A stretch of DNA of 64,000 nt from Longimicrobiales bacterium (GCA_965218295.1 CBDCKN010000013.1:224001-288000); one strand, 5' to 3'. Positions 7,608-18,564 are shown, counted from the stretch's first letter. A program made the numbers and translations. Notes: generated by a model not told the origin, from the letters alone.

Positions 7608-9926
7608 TCATGGCTCCCGTCGATCGAAGGTGAGCAAGAGCGTAGGCAGCAGCAAGAAGTCGGTGGCTAGCGCCAGGATGATCGTCATTGCCACCAGAGT
7701 TCCGAGCGCCCAGCTCACCTCGAACCCAGACGAGGCGAACACCAAAAAACCGGCCGAAATGACGGCGGTCGTCGTAAACAATGCATGCCCCACAGTTCGG
7801 AAGGCGAAGCGCACGGCCTCCGGCGGGGGAAGCCCTTCGCGCCGCCCCTCGATGTACTTGCTCAAGAAATGGACGGTGTCGTCCACGACGATGCCGAAGA
7901 CGACGGCGATGACCACCGAGGACGCAATACCCACATGGCCCACAAGATAACCCCATAGCCCGAAACTCATGATGGCCGGTATGAAATTCGGAAGGAGGCT
8001 GATCAGGCCAGTCCAAACGCTTCTGAATATGAAGATCAGGATGAACGAAATGAGCGCCATCGCGGCAATCGTGCCGCTGAGCATGCTGTTGATATTGCGC
8101 TGTGACAAGTGAGCGAACATAACGCTGATGCCCGAGGCCTCATTCGCTAATTCCGGCGTGTTGGCTTGCAGCCAGTCCTGGGCGCGCGCGTCGAGCTCCC
8201 GTACCTCCCGAGACCATGCGTTGCCCATGGCGACGACCATACGCGTGGCCGACTTGCCGACATCGATGCGATCATTGAGATCACTTCCGAATGGCAGTGA
8301 CAGCTCATAGAGCAGCAGGTACTGCGCCGCCAGATCTGCGCTCTCGGGCAGGCGGTAGAATGCCGGATCGTCACCGTTCATGTTCCTGTTGAGGCGCTTC
8401 ATGATGTCCGTGAACGACTGGACAAACGACACCTCAGGCTGTTCTCGGTACCATTCCGCGAATGCATCGACCTGCCGAAGATACTCGGGATCCGTAATAC
8501 CGCCTTCCTCTCCCGCGTCCAGCGAATATTCCAGCCTGTCGAGTCCTGTCAGATTCGCGGCGATGAAATCCGAATCGCGCCGAAACTGATACCGGTCGTC
8601 GAAGTACTGCGTCATGTTGTCGTTAAGTTCGATGCGCGCGACGCCGGTCGCCAGAACGACCACTGCCAGTGTTGTGGACCCAAGCAGAAGCGTGCGCCGG
8701 GCCACGACGATATCGGCTAAACGATCGAAGAAGCGTTCGAAGAGCACCGGCTCGCCGGCCGGAACGTGCGCGGAGCGCAGCGGCAGGCAAGCGAGCAACG
8801 CGGGCAGAAACGTCATCGTGTATGCAAGGGCGCAGAGCACCCCAAACGCCACGTAATTTCCTAGGACATGGAATGGCGGTGAGTCGGAGGCATTGAGGCT
8901 GAGGAATCCAATCGCGGTCGTAACGGAGGTAATGAAGATCGGGTAGGTATTGATCTTGAACGACTCGATAATCGCAGTGAATTTGTCCAGTCCGCGCCGT
9001 ATCCCCAGTAAGACAGTCGAGATGACGTGGATCGAATCCGCAACCGCTATAACCATGACGATGATTGGCACGCCGACGTTGGTAGGGCTGAACACCACGC
9101 CCCGCCATCCGGCAAACCCCATGGTCGTGCTGACAACGAATAGGAGTATGGCGACGACCGCCAACGTGGCGAACGCCGAGCGCAGCAGGAGAACCGTGGC
9201 GACGACGATGACGAGGAACACGATCGGCGTCAACGTCCGAATGTCGTCGCGCGTAGCGTCCGAAAACGTTCGGTTCATCACGACGTCGCCGGTCGTGAAG
9301 TAGTCGATTTCGGGGTGGCTTGCGCGGGCTTCGTCCACGACCGCATTCAGATAGTCGGTGATTTCGGTCACCGCCTGATCGGGATTCTCGGGGAGGACGA
9401 AGTTGATCGCGACGCCTGCCACGCGCCCGTCGTAGGAGATCAGACGGCCGGCAATATCTATGGCGTTCCGCGCAATCGTCTCAATCCGAGCGAGGTCGGC
9501 ATCACTCAGGCCGTCGGCATCTTCGACGAGCGGGGCGACGATAAGGTCGTCCTCACCGAAAGCCTCGCTGTGGCTGTAGTTGGTGAGCGAGTTGACACGG
9601 CTGGAGTACGGCGCCTGCCAAGCTGCGTCGGTTAGCTCCACGATCGCGCCGAGCGCCTCGCGCGTGAACACGGTGCCATCCCTTGGTGCCACGGCGATCA
9701 GGGCGCGGTTGGAGACGGCGTAGGTGTTCTCTAGGGCGTCGAAAGCGAGAAGTTGCGGATTGTCCTCACTAAACAGAATCCGATAGTCATTCGTGATGGT
9801 AATGGAGGCAACACCGGCAGTCGCCGCCAACATGAGAGCCGTAGTAAGCGCCACAACCGGCCAGCGGTAGCAGAGCACGGCGGCGACATAGCGGTCCAGC
9901 CGCGAAGAGTTCATCGCCTCGGACAT
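7608..9926 (-). CDS. MMPL/RND-family transporter
   Basis: Two repeats of a periplasmic loop plus TM bundle; IAVADSIH and GIVVDDTVHF motifs. Start codon uncertain. Confidence 0.9.
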   Translation of the reverse strand: MSEAMNSSRLDRYVAAVLCYRWPVVALTTALMLAATAGVASITITNDYRILFSEDNPQLLAFDALENTYAVSNRALIAVAPRDGTVFTREALGAIVELTDAAWQAPYSSRVNSLTNYSHSEAFGEDDLIVAPLVEDADGLSDADLARIETIARNAIDIAGRLISYDGRVAGVAINFVLPENPDQAVTEITDYLNAVVDEARASHPEIDYFTTGDVVMNRTFSDATRDDIRTLTPIVFLVIVVATVLLLRSAFATLAVVAILLFVVSTTMGFAGWRGVVFSPTNVGVPIIVMVIAVADSIHVISTVLLGIRRGLDKFTAIIESFKINTYPIFITSVTTAIGFLSLNASDSPPFHVLGNYVAFGVLCALAYTMTFLPALLACLPLRSAHVPAGEPVLFERFFDRLADIVVARRTLLLGSTTLAVVVLATGVARIELNDNMTQYFDDRYQFRRDSDFIAANLTGLDRLEYSLDAGEEGGITDPEYLRQVDAFAEWYREQPEVSFVQSFTDIMKRLNRNMNGDDPAFYRLPESADLAAQYLLLYELSLPFGSDLNDRIDVGKSATRMVVAMGNAWSREVRELDARAQDWLQANTPELANEASGISVMFAHLSQRNINSMLSGTIAAMALISFILIFIFRSVWTGLISLLPNFIPAIMSFGLWGYLVGHVGIASSVVIAVVFGIVVDDTVHFLSKYIEGRREGLPPPEAVRFAFRTVGHALFTTTAVISAGFLVFASSGFEVSWALGTLVAMTIILALATDFLLLPTLLLTFDRREP

Positions 9927-9966
9927 ATTGGCATGGCCCAAGCATGAGTCGCGCGGAAGCCGATTG

Positions 9967-10518
9967 TCAAGGGCGACTCCTGACGATTCCACACATGGGT
10001 TGTTTCGCGCCTTTCTTTCGGATACTTCGCACAGCAGATTTGATCTCGGGCATGCACTTCTGCACGAGCTCTTTCGCCCCGCGGTATTTCGGGTCCTTAT
10101 GTCGCATTCCTTCTGGGTGTCCGTTGATATGCCCCTGAACCAGGCTGCGGATGTTCTGGTAGTCGGGATGGAGCTGTGGACTATCCTGATACCATGTCGC
10201 TAGTCCCTCCTCAAGATATGTGGCGTACTTCTCCATGATAGGATCTAGCAGATGGACGCACTCATGCGCGAGGTCCCATCCTGCTCGGCTATGATCAGAC
10301 CACTTGCTAACCCACACATCTACCTTACAGCCGTCCCTATCAAAACCGTCAGGGAAATGGATGCGTGGATTCCTGGCCCGTTCAGGCCGGCTCATGCGGA
10401 TCTGCGCCTGACCCACCGCGGCCCTTTGGCCGAGGTGAAGCAGGGCCGCCGGGCAGATCGGCGTGGCCTCCGGCGTGGCCTCGGCGTGCTCCATGATGCG
10501 CTCGGGCAGGCTCTTCAT
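9967..10518 (-). pseudogene. Chimeric ORF: AbiEi/DUF6088-like N-terminal scrap joined to a HExxH metallopeptidase-like fragment
   Basis: MKSLPERIMEHAEATPEATPICPAALLHLGQRAAV, then an abrupt GC drop and LAHECVHLLDP...LEEGLATWYQ. Confidence 0.5.
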
Positions 10519-10931
10519 GGCTTTCTCTCTCCGCGTCATGAATCGAGCCACAAATATAACAGTCGTCCTGTTCGGAGCGACTCTCGAAGCCCTTGATCCG
10601 TTGCCGCGGCAGGCACGGCACGCCGCTCGGCGACCGCCCCGCGCCCCGGCATGTGAAACCTGTCACTTCCGTGTGAGCGACGCCAAGTCGGCCGTGCCCG
10701 GGCCGACGTCCCGGTCGAGTTCCATGCCCATGACGGGGTCTTCAACGAGCCCCGAGGGGGGCGTCTGCCAGGGCACTGGCAGCGCCACCGGGCAGCCTGC
10801 TTACCCTACTGGCTATCTCTAGCCGCTACAAGCAATTGGGAGATTTCCTATGAGTTGACTTCCTTGCATGCGGGTCTTCACCGTTGTGGCCATGGAGACG
10901 CGGAAGCAGCAGTTCAAGTCGGCGGTGAGCG

Positions 10932-11421
10932 ATGCGATCGTCCACCTCCAGGGACGCGAACAGGCGCTCGCGCCATTCGGCTGGACGGGAGAAAAGGCCG
11001 GGTGGATCGCGTTCGTCTGCCTCCACAGCGGCGCGTTCACCCGCGTCCAGTGCGCGCGATTCCTCGATGCACACCCGGAACAGGTGCGGCGCGTCGTCCA
11101 CGCGCTGATCGCGCAGGGCCTGGCCGCCGAGGACACCGTGCCCGGCATCCGAGGGATCGGCCGCGTGTGCCGCATCTTCTCCCGGCGGATCTACCGGGCC
11201 ATCGGAGCCGAGCACATCCGCCACCGCCGCGACGCCTCTCCAGAGGTGCTCATGCGGCGCCTGCTCTCGCTCGACTACGTGATCGAGCATCCCGGCTTGC
11301 AGTGGCTTGCCACCGAAGCCGAGAAGGTCGCCGCGCTCGAGGCCCTCGGCATCGAACGCGGGCTGCTGCCCGTCAGGCTGTACCGGGCAGCCGCCGGCAC
11401 CACCCGGCGCTACTTCCCGGT
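10932..11421 (+). pseudogene. Truncated integrative-element protein of unknown function
   Basis: High-GC coding-like frame (REQALAPFGWTG..CLHSGAFTR..RRLLSLDYVIEHP) breaks into AT-richer sequence at ~11421. Confidence 0.5.
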
Positions 11422-11604
11422 AAAGTACGGCAGTATGATCGCGACCATCGTCCCATGCGGTCCCGTAATATTCCGTAACGCGTGTTATTACAATGTGATA
11501 CGGCGTATCATGGCCGTGTTTACAGGCTCCCTCTTGTGCCGGTACGTACCGTACTGTACCATTGTGTATCCGTCGATATGTGATACACAGGTAGGATATA
11601 CCGC

Positions 11605-12789
11605 ATGCGTAAACGACCCCTTACGGCCGCCTTCGTGGCGCGAGTGAAGACGCCGGGACGCTACGGCGACGGCGGGCTCGGCGGGCTCGGCCTGTACCTC
11701 CGCGTCCACCGGATGAAGTCCGGGCGCGTCTCCAAGTCCTGGGGCCAGCGCATTCGAGTGGCGGGGAAGCCCACCAATCTCGGACTGGGCTCGTACCCGG
11801 TCGTGACGCTCAGGGAGGCGAGAGAGAAGGCGCTGGAGAACAGGCGGGCAGTCCATTGGGGCCACGACCCGAGAGACGCGGGGGTTCCCACATTCGAGGC
11901 GGCCGTCGAGAAGGTGATGGCGATCCACTCGCCGACCTGGAAGAACCCATCCCGCATGGCCGGGCAGTGGCGGCAGACGCTGCGGGACTACGCCCATCCG
12001 CGCATCGGCCGGAAGCGCGTGAGCGAGATCGCGACGGCCGACGTGCTCGCCATCCTCAAGCCCATCTGGTCGAGCAAGCCTGCGACCGCGAGGGCCGTGC
12101 ACCAGCGGATCGGCGCGGTGATGAAGTGGGCCGTCGCGAAGGGCTACCGGCCGGACAACCCGGCGGGGGACGCCATCGCCGCCGCGCTGCCGCGCAACGG
12201 CAACGCCACCCGGCATCACAAGGCGCTCCCGCACGGCGAGGTGGCGGCGGCTCTGGCCGAGGTCCGCAACTCGGAGTCCCATGCCGGTGTCCGGCTGGCG
12301 CTCGAGTTCATGGTTCTGACCGCGACACGCTCGAACGAGGTCCGGGGCGCGGCGTCGGACGAGATCGAGCGCGACGTCTGGACCATTCCCGCCAGCCGCA
12401 TGAAGGCGAAGCGCGAGCATCGGGTTCCCCTGTCGGGGCGGGTCCTGGAGATCCTTGAGGAAGCCCGGAAGCACCACGACGACGGCGGGATCGTCTTTCG
12501 GGGCGCGAAGGGAGGCGGCATCAACGCCTCGATGTTCAGCGGCTTGCTCCGGCATCTCGGCATCGAGGGAACGCCTCACGGGATGAGGTCCTCGTTCCGC
12601 GACTGGTGTTCGGAGACGGGCGTGGCGCGCGAGGTGGCCGAAGCGGCGCTGGCCCACGTCGTGAAGAACAGGGTCGAGGCCGCGTACGCCCGCTCGGACC
12701 TGCTGGACCGGAGGCGCGAGGTCATGCAGGCTTGGGCCGACTATCTCGCCAGCGAGCGTCGAGACCCGGAGGCCGAACCGATCCGTTGA
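11605..12789 (+). CDS. Tyrosine integrase (P4-like, arm-binding N-terminus), intact
   Basis: PGRYGDGG..GLYLRV, LGLGSYPVVTL; catalytic TATRSNE, MKAKREHRVPLS, HGMRSSFRDW, LAH, AY. Confidence 0.95.
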   Translation: MRKRPLTAAFVARVKTPGRYGDGGLGGLGLYLRVHRMKSGRVSKSWGQRIRVAGKPTNLGLGSYPVVTLREAREKALENRRAVHWGHDPRDAGVPTFEAAVEKVMAIHSPTWKNPSRMAGQWRQTLRDYAHPRIGRKRVSEIATADVLAILKPIWSSKPATARAVHQRIGAVMKWAVAKGYRPDNPAGDAIAAALPRNGNATRHHKALPHGEVAAALAEVRNSESHAGVRLALEFMVLTATRSNEVRGAASDEIERDVWTIPASRMKAKREHRVPLSGRVLEILEEARKHHDDGGIVFRGAKGGGINASMFSGLLRHLGIEGTPHGMRSSFRDWCSETGVAREVAEAALAHVVKNRVEAAYARSDLLDRRREVMQAWADYLASERRDPEAEPIR

Positions 12790-12929
12790 AGCGCTGGCAC
12801 ATGACCGGTTAGAGGTCATGAGCCAGCCTACCCTTTGGGGCCACGCTTCGCGGGTCCCCGGCAGGGGCTGGCGAGGGTGGCTCCGCCCCCTTCGATCCCC
12901 TGGACGCCCGCCCTCCGGCAGGCCATGGC

Positions 12930-13110
12930 GCGCACGCGGCCGGCGAGCAGCACGGCGACGGCGGGCGCCACGTAGTACCAGACGCGGATCACGGTGTGGA
13001 AGCCCGGATCGTGGTAGGCGATGAGGTCGAGCACGGGATTACCGCCACTGGCGGGAAACGGCGCCCAGAAGGCGTGGGCGATTCGCGGCCACCGCGGCGG
13101 CGCCAGCCAG
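12930..13110 (-). pseudogene. Fragment of a membrane-anchored conjugative-element protein
   Basis: NPVLDLIAYHDPGFHTVIRVWYYVAPAVAVLLAG; no complete ORF. Family assignment is from recollection only. Confidence 0.35.
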
Positions 13111-13659
13111 GATCAGCGCGGGCCGCCTCATCGCTGTGACAGCCTTCCCGCTAGGGATCCATGGCTGTTGAGGGCCGATAGAGAGGCCAGCGAATCAACG
13201 GATCGGTGCGCCGTTCGATTCTCCCCCTCGTGCTGGCCCGGCACCTCCACCCACTGTTCCATCTAAGCTGGCCGTCCGCAATTCTATCTCCGAGTCGGCC
13301 CCCTCTGTAGGCTCAGCCCCAGTCACTGTCAGCGTCCCCGCCGAGGGCACGGGCGAGCTCGGGATCGCTCATCTCGGCACTGCTATAGAACGTCGCAGGG
13401 TGGCCGATTACGGCTGCCGAGGCGACCCTACCGAGATCCTAAACGCCGCTTACGTCCGTGGTCGGCGGCGAAGCACGAACACCTAGCAATACGAGGCGGG
13501 CGGATGAGGCTAGAAGACGGTTTTTCCCAAGGCGAGCGCGGCAGGTCCTACGGCGAAATTCCAGGGCTGCCCGGTCTTGGTGAGAAGGCGGTTTGGGGTT
13601 CGCCCCTACGGCTCATTGGCTAACTTGATCGTCCGGGCGACGAAGGAGGCAGCCCCAAC

Positions 13660-14721
13660 ATGAGAGTCTTTAACATTGGATCTGACGGCGAATTCACCGA
13701 GTACGAGCAGTTGCCGTTCAAGGTGGATCATGAGGAATCCGTCCTTGAGGAGTGGCTGGAGTCCAACCCCGACGGGATTCTTGAAGATGGACAGATTCTG
13801 ATCATTGGGCGCCAGGTCCGAACCGACCTCGGGGCATGCATCGACCTGCTTGGGGTAGATCGCGAGGGGAATGCAGTCGTGATCGAGTTGAAACGGGACC
13901 GCACGCCGCGGGACGTGGTCGCGCAGGCGCTCGAGTACGCCGCGTTCGCTGCTCGGCTCGATGTCGACGCGCTGGAGGGCATCCTCCGGGTGTATGAACA
14001 CGACGAGTCACTCAGTCTTGCCGACCGCCACCGGGAGCACTTCGGAGTCGAAGAGTACGAGGCAGTCGCGTTCAACAAAGATCAGCACATCGTAGTCGTC
14101 GGTCAGCGCGTGACGCCGGATATCAGGCGGACGGCGTCCTTCCTAGGATCTAAGGGAATCCAAGTCACCTGCGGCGAATTCACCTTCTTCCAAGCCGAGG
14201 GGGGCGGGCGTCTGCTGTCTCACGAGATCGTCGTGGGAAGAGAACACGCGAAGCCACACCGGGTGACTTCGGGAGCTCGGCGCGTCGTGTCGGAAGAAGA
14301 GTTCCTGAATTCCTGCGACGAGAACGGAGAGATCGTCTTTTCTAGGATTCTCGACTTGGCGCGGCGCAAGTCTATGTCAATCAGCTGGGGAACGAAGGGG
14401 TTCTCGGTTGGTGCCGATGTTGACGGAACCCGGGTGGTCGTCTGCTACGGGTACCCGCCCACCAGCGTGTTCAAGCAGACGCTCTATACGGCCCTGCGCG
14501 ACCGTGCCGGCATCCAGAAGACAGGAGCGCCCGCAGAGGCCGTCGGGCGACTCCGAAACTCGGTGGAGGCGACGGGACTATTCACGCCTGCGGGCCGAGA
14601 TCTGAAGTGTATCATCGACCGGGCCTTCACGGACGACGAAGTGGACAAGCTTGTTGCGTGGTGCGAGGCCGTGGAGCAGGCGATCGCACAGCACGGACTG
14701 AATGCGACGCCCGAACAGTAG
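13660..14721 (+). CDS. NucS/RecB-like PD-(D/E)XK endonuclease-domain protein
   Basis: E..LEEWL..NP, IIGRQV, IDLLGVD..GNAVVIELKR, QALEYAA; AGGAGG RBS. Confidence 0.8.
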   Translation: MRVFNIGSDGEFTEYEQLPFKVDHEESVLEEWLESNPDGILEDGQILIIGRQVRTDLGACIDLLGVDREGNAVVIELKRDRTPRDVVAQALEYAAFAARLDVDALEGILRVYEHDESLSLADRHREHFGVEEYEAVAFNKDQHIVVVGQRVTPDIRRTASFLGSKGIQVTCGEFTFFQAEGGGRLLSHEIVVGREHAKPHRVTSGARRVVSEEEFLNSCDENGEIVFSRILDLARRKSMSISWGTKGFSVGADVDGTRVVVCYGYPPTSVFKQTLYTALRDRAGIQKTGAPAEAVGRLRNSVEATGLFTPAGRDLKCIIDRAFTDDEVDKLVAWCEAVEQAIAQHGLNATPEQ

Positions 14722-15236
14722 AGCAGGAGAACGTCGTGTTCCTCGGCCCGCCCGGCGTCGGCAAGACACACCTGGCGATCAGTCTGGCCATCGCCGCGGC
14801 CGAGAGCAGGCGCAGGGTCTACTACGGAACGCTCACCGATCTCATCGACTCGCTCGAAGAGGCCCAGGCCGCCGGCCGGCTCAACCACCGGCTCAAGACC
14901 CTCACCCACCCCGCGCTTCTAGTCGTGGACGAGATCGGCTACCTCCCCCTCACCCGCAGCGGCGCCATCCTGTTCTTTCAGATCGTCAACCGGCGCTACG
15001 AGCACGCCTCGACGGTGCTGACCTCGAACAAGGGCTTCGAGCAATGGGGAGAGATCCTGCACGACGAGGTCATGGCCGCCACGCTGCTGGACCGGCTACT
15101 GCACCACTGCCACATGGTCAACATCCGGGGCAACAGCTACCGGATGCGCCGCCATGCCGAGCTCTCCAAGGCCATCCACCCAACCGCCTCCCGGGCCGTC
15201 TCGGCGGAGCGCTCGGAACACGGCGGGACCCGGTGA
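14719..15236 (+). pseudogene. istB: IS21-family IstB ATPase, 5'-truncated
   Basis: NVVFLGPPGVGKTHLA, LLVVDEIGY, LTSNKGF, LDRLLHH..IRGNSYR. Confidence 0.9.
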
Positions 15237-15820
15237 TGCGCGCCGACCAGATCCTTTCTCGGAACGCCCCGCGTTTCTCTACTGCTTGGCGGGCCTTCCC
15301 AAGGACGAGCGGAGATACTTCTTGAGCCGCCAGTCCTTTCAACGACCCTTTGAGCAGGCACTCGCAAAGTGGGCAAGGAATCACTGACATGGAACTCGAC
15401 CCGATCCGCCACCGCTGGGCTGAACGCCCCTCCTGACAGCGTCACAATCTGCCAGAGTGATGCTGGTATTCGGGTTGACCACTTGAGGGAGAAGGCATCC
15501 CAGGTGGATGACACGGTCCAGACCGCTTGGACGGCTTTGCCCGGAACATCTGGACGGCATGCCCGGAATGGTGGCCCTTGGGATTGCCGCCGTGGTTGCC
15601 GCCAACAGTTGCCACTTTTCCTATCGCTTCAGCGGGTGGCGTGGCCGCCGAGCGAAGGTACATTCAGGTTGGACTCTTGGAGTCGGGGCCGCCCCCTTCA
15701 CCTGGGGAATCACTGGGGACAGGATGGTTTGCCGGAATCAATTCGACGGCGCGGTCCATGGGGTGGCCTATACCAACGTGACTGTCGTCTATTGTGAACG
15801 CAGCTTAAGAGGAAGACCGA

Positions 15821-16927
15821 ATGAACTACTGGCTCAATCTATTCTCGCCAGAGACATATGAAAACTTCTCAAAATCTGACCGTACCCGCACCGGGTTCCG
15901 GATCAGGCAACACAACCAGGCCAAAAAGGTTAGCAGGGGCGACCGCTTCGTTTGTTACATGACCAAACTATCTCGTTGGGTTGGCATTCTCGAGATCGAA
16001 CAGGGGCCGTTTAGAGAGGACATTCCACTCTTCTATGCAGAAGACGATCCCTTCGTGGTTCGATTCAGAGTCAATCCTGTGGTCTGGCTTCCAAAAGAAA
16101 GAGCCGTGCCAATTCACGAGGATCACGTTTGGAACCAGCTGACGTTCACTCAAAGCATGGAAAAACGCTCCACAACCTGGACCGGGAAGATCCGCAGTAG
16201 CTTGAATGAGATAGACCGATCCGACGGTCAGTTCTTGGATGACTTACTCCGCGCCCAACAGGGGAATAGCAATGAGTACGAGGTCGATGAGCGTCAATAC
16301 CGTCGCCTCTTGGCTCACCGGGTCCGGAGGTTGGACCGTGTAGTCTCTGTGACAGTGCCGGAGGGTACTTCCGAGGATGATGACTCATCGATCCAGCCCC
16401 CGGACGACATTCGGGAGTCAATTCAGATCCAGGCCTCACTTGCCTTGATCGGTAAGCAGATGGGCCATCGCGTGTGGGTACCTCGATCAGATCGAGGGCG
16501 GGTGGAGCAGGCACTCGGTCCGGATCGTCCGGTCACCTTTTTGGATGTGCTGCCACTCAATTACGACGAGACGACCCTGAAGACTATTGAGCAGATTGAT
16601 GTGCTCTGGTTGAAGGGCAGAGCTATAATCCGTGCATTCGAAGTCGAACACACCACGTCCGTGTACTCTGGTATCTTGCGAATGGCAGATCTCCTGGCCT
16701 TGCAACCCAATATGGACATCCAACTACACATCGTCACACCAGAGGCCCGTAAGGAGAAGGTATTCGCCGAACTTTGCCGTCCGGTATTTTCCTTCCTTGA
16801 CCGAGGTCCACTAGCCGAATGCTGCACTTACCTTTCCTATAGTTCGGTGCGTGAACTGATGGCCCAGCCTCATCTCCACCATCTGTCCGCTTCAGTTTTG
16901 GAAGACTATACCGAGGAGGCGGATTAG
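15821..16927 (+). CDS. EVE/PUA-like domain fused to a PD-(D/E)XK nuclease; candidate modification-dependent restriction enzyme
   Basis: N-terminal MNYWL...GDRFVCY (EVE-like); C-terminal IDVLW..AFEVEHTTSVYSGILRMADL; low GC. Confidence 0.7.
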   Translation: MNYWLNLFSPETYENFSKSDRTRTGFRIRQHNQAKKVSRGDRFVCYMTKLSRWVGILEIEQGPFREDIPLFYAEDDPFVVRFRVNPVVWLPKERAVPIHEDHVWNQLTFTQSMEKRSTTWTGKIRSSLNEIDRSDGQFLDDLLRAQQGNSNEYEVDERQYRRLLAHRVRRLDRVVSVTVPEGTSEDDDSSIQPPDDIRESIQIQASLALIGKQMGHRVWVPRSDRGRVEQALGPDRPVTFLDVLPLNYDETTLKTIEQIDVLWLKGRAIIRAFEVEHTTSVYSGILRMADLLALQPNMDIQLHIVTPEARKEKVFAELCRPVFSFLDRGPLAECCTYLSYSSVRELMAQPHLHHLSASVLEDYTEEAD

Positions 16928-17110
16928 CAAAACAACACCTGGAAACAGATCATATCCGCCCCCGTGCTCTCATCCTCTGTCGTGGCGGCCGACAGCCCAG
17001 AAAAGCTGGCACGGCCCGCCCTGAAACGGCAACCTCTAAGCGGCAAATCCTCCGGGGAGTTAAACGCACGCGGAACCTGTCAACGCCAGTGAGACACTCT
17101 TGGAAATCAA

Positions 17111-18118
17111 TTAGAGAGCAATCTCCTGTGTAGTGAGGGATGGGGTGGGAGGATTGATCCAGACGGCCTCCGGGAGTGGTTTAGGCTTCGGCTCACCGGA
17201 GACGAAGCGCTCGGGATGAGCGGCCCATGCCTCACGGAGCACGGCCTTCCTGCAGGCGATGATCCGATCGGCGTGACCGAAGTGGACCTGTTCGGGGGTC
17301 AGCATCGAGATGCCGCCATGGCGGTGCTCGGCATTATACCAACGGAAGAACGAGCGACAGAAGGTCTTGGCTTGCCCCTGATCCCCGAACCGGCCGGGAA
17401 ACGAGGGATGGTACTTCAAGGTCTTGAACTGAGCCTCGGAGAACGGATTGTCATCCGAGACCTGGGGTCGGCCCAACGAGCGGGTCACGCCGAGATCGGC
17501 GAGTAGTTGAGCCGTGCATTGGCTCGTCATCGGAGCCCCTCGATCGGAATGCAGGGTCAGGAGGTGGGGCTGGACGCCATGCTTCAAGCAACTCTGCTGG
17601 ATCAGCCGGCTGGCCAGGGCAGAGTTCTCCCGATCCGCCACCATCCATCCCACGACGTAGCGGCTGAAGATGTCCAGGATCACGTAGAGGTAGAAGTAAC
17701 TCCACTTCTTCGGCCCCAGCAGCCGGGTGATATCCCAGGACCAGACCTGGTTCGGGCCCCTCGCCATCAACTCGGGCTTCTGGTATTTGGGATGACTCCG
17801 CTGCGCTCGACGCTCCTGAACCGGCACCTGGGAAGCCAGAACGCGATACATCGTACGCTCGCTGCACAGGTAGACGTCCTCGTCGAGCAGCGTCGCCACC
17901 ACCTCGGCTGGGGACCGGTCCACGAACCGCTCCGAACACAGGGTGTCGAAAATCTTGTCCCGCTCCCTCTCACTTAAGGCCCGGGCGGGGGTCGGGCGGG
18001 GCTGCTGATGCCCGGTCGATGCACTCCGACGACGGTAGAACGTGGCTCGCGGCACCCTGAGCGCATCGCACGCGGGCTTCACCCCTACGTGCTTGGCTAG
18101 CTCCTGGGTCGCCTTCAT
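17111..18118 (-). CDS. IS3 OrfB (DDE/rve transposase)
   Basis: WSWDIT, DIFSRYVVGW, LHSDRG, DNPFSEAQFKTLK. Confidence 0.95.
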   Translation of the reverse strand: MKATQELAKHVGVKPACDALRVPRATFYRRRSASTGHQQPRPTPARALSERERDKIFDTLCSERFVDRSPAEVVATLLDEDVYLCSERTMYRVLASQVPVQERRAQRSHPKYQKPELMARGPNQVWSWDITRLLGPKKWSYFYLYVILDIFSRYVVGWMVADRENSALASRLIQQSCLKHGVQPHLLTLHSDRGAPMTSQCTAQLLADLGVTRSLGRPQVSDDNPFSEAQFKTLKYHPSFPGRFGDQGQAKTFCRSFFRWYNAEHRHGGISMLTPEQVHFGHADRIIACRKAVLREAWAAHPERFVSGEPKPKPLPEAVWINPPTPSLTTQEIAL

Positions 18119-18564
18119 GAGTTCGTCCCGTCCTCGAGGCTCAATCCCAGCAGCCCTGCAACTTTTCCCTGGACGTCGATGATCAAGTGCGCCTTCTGGA
18201 GCTCCTTCTCGAGGCGAGTGTTCTCGCGCTCCAGCTTGCGCACCTTCTCCTCCAGCGGATTGCGCTCGCGCTTACGGCCTCGTTTCTTCGACAGCGCTTT
18301 CAGGGACCCGCTATGCGCCGCCTTGCGCCATGTCGTCAGGTGCGACGAGTACAAGCCCTCCCGCCGTAGGAGTCGGCCAACCTCTCCGGGCTCCGTGCAC
18401 CGGTCCGCTTCTTCGACGATCCGCAGCTTGTACGACGGAGCGAACCGCCGGCGCAGCGGCCTATCTACCACCTCCGAGTCCGCAGGAGCTGCCGCGCTTC
18501 GCTTACCGTCCCAGGTTGGTGGGGCTATTCCATTCTCTTTCATTCTCTCACGGTGTCTCAGCAT
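18115..18564 (-). CDS. IS3 OrfA (HTH plus leucine zipper)
   Basis: RRRFAPSYKLRIVEEAD...LLRREGLYSSHLTTWR; start uncertain. Confidence 0.9.
   Translation of the reverse strand: MLRHRERMKENGIAPPTWDGKRSAAAPADSEVVDRPLRRRFAPSYKLRIVEEADRCTEPGEVGRLLRREGLYSSHLTTWRKAAHSGSLKALSKKRGRKRERNPLEEKVRKLERENTRLEKELQKAHLIIDVQGKVAGLLGLSLEDGTNS

Noticed and set aside
9967..10551. Novel antitoxin-metallopeptidase fusion protein
   Set aside because: An abrupt composition change and the truncation of both parts indicate a chance junction of fragments.
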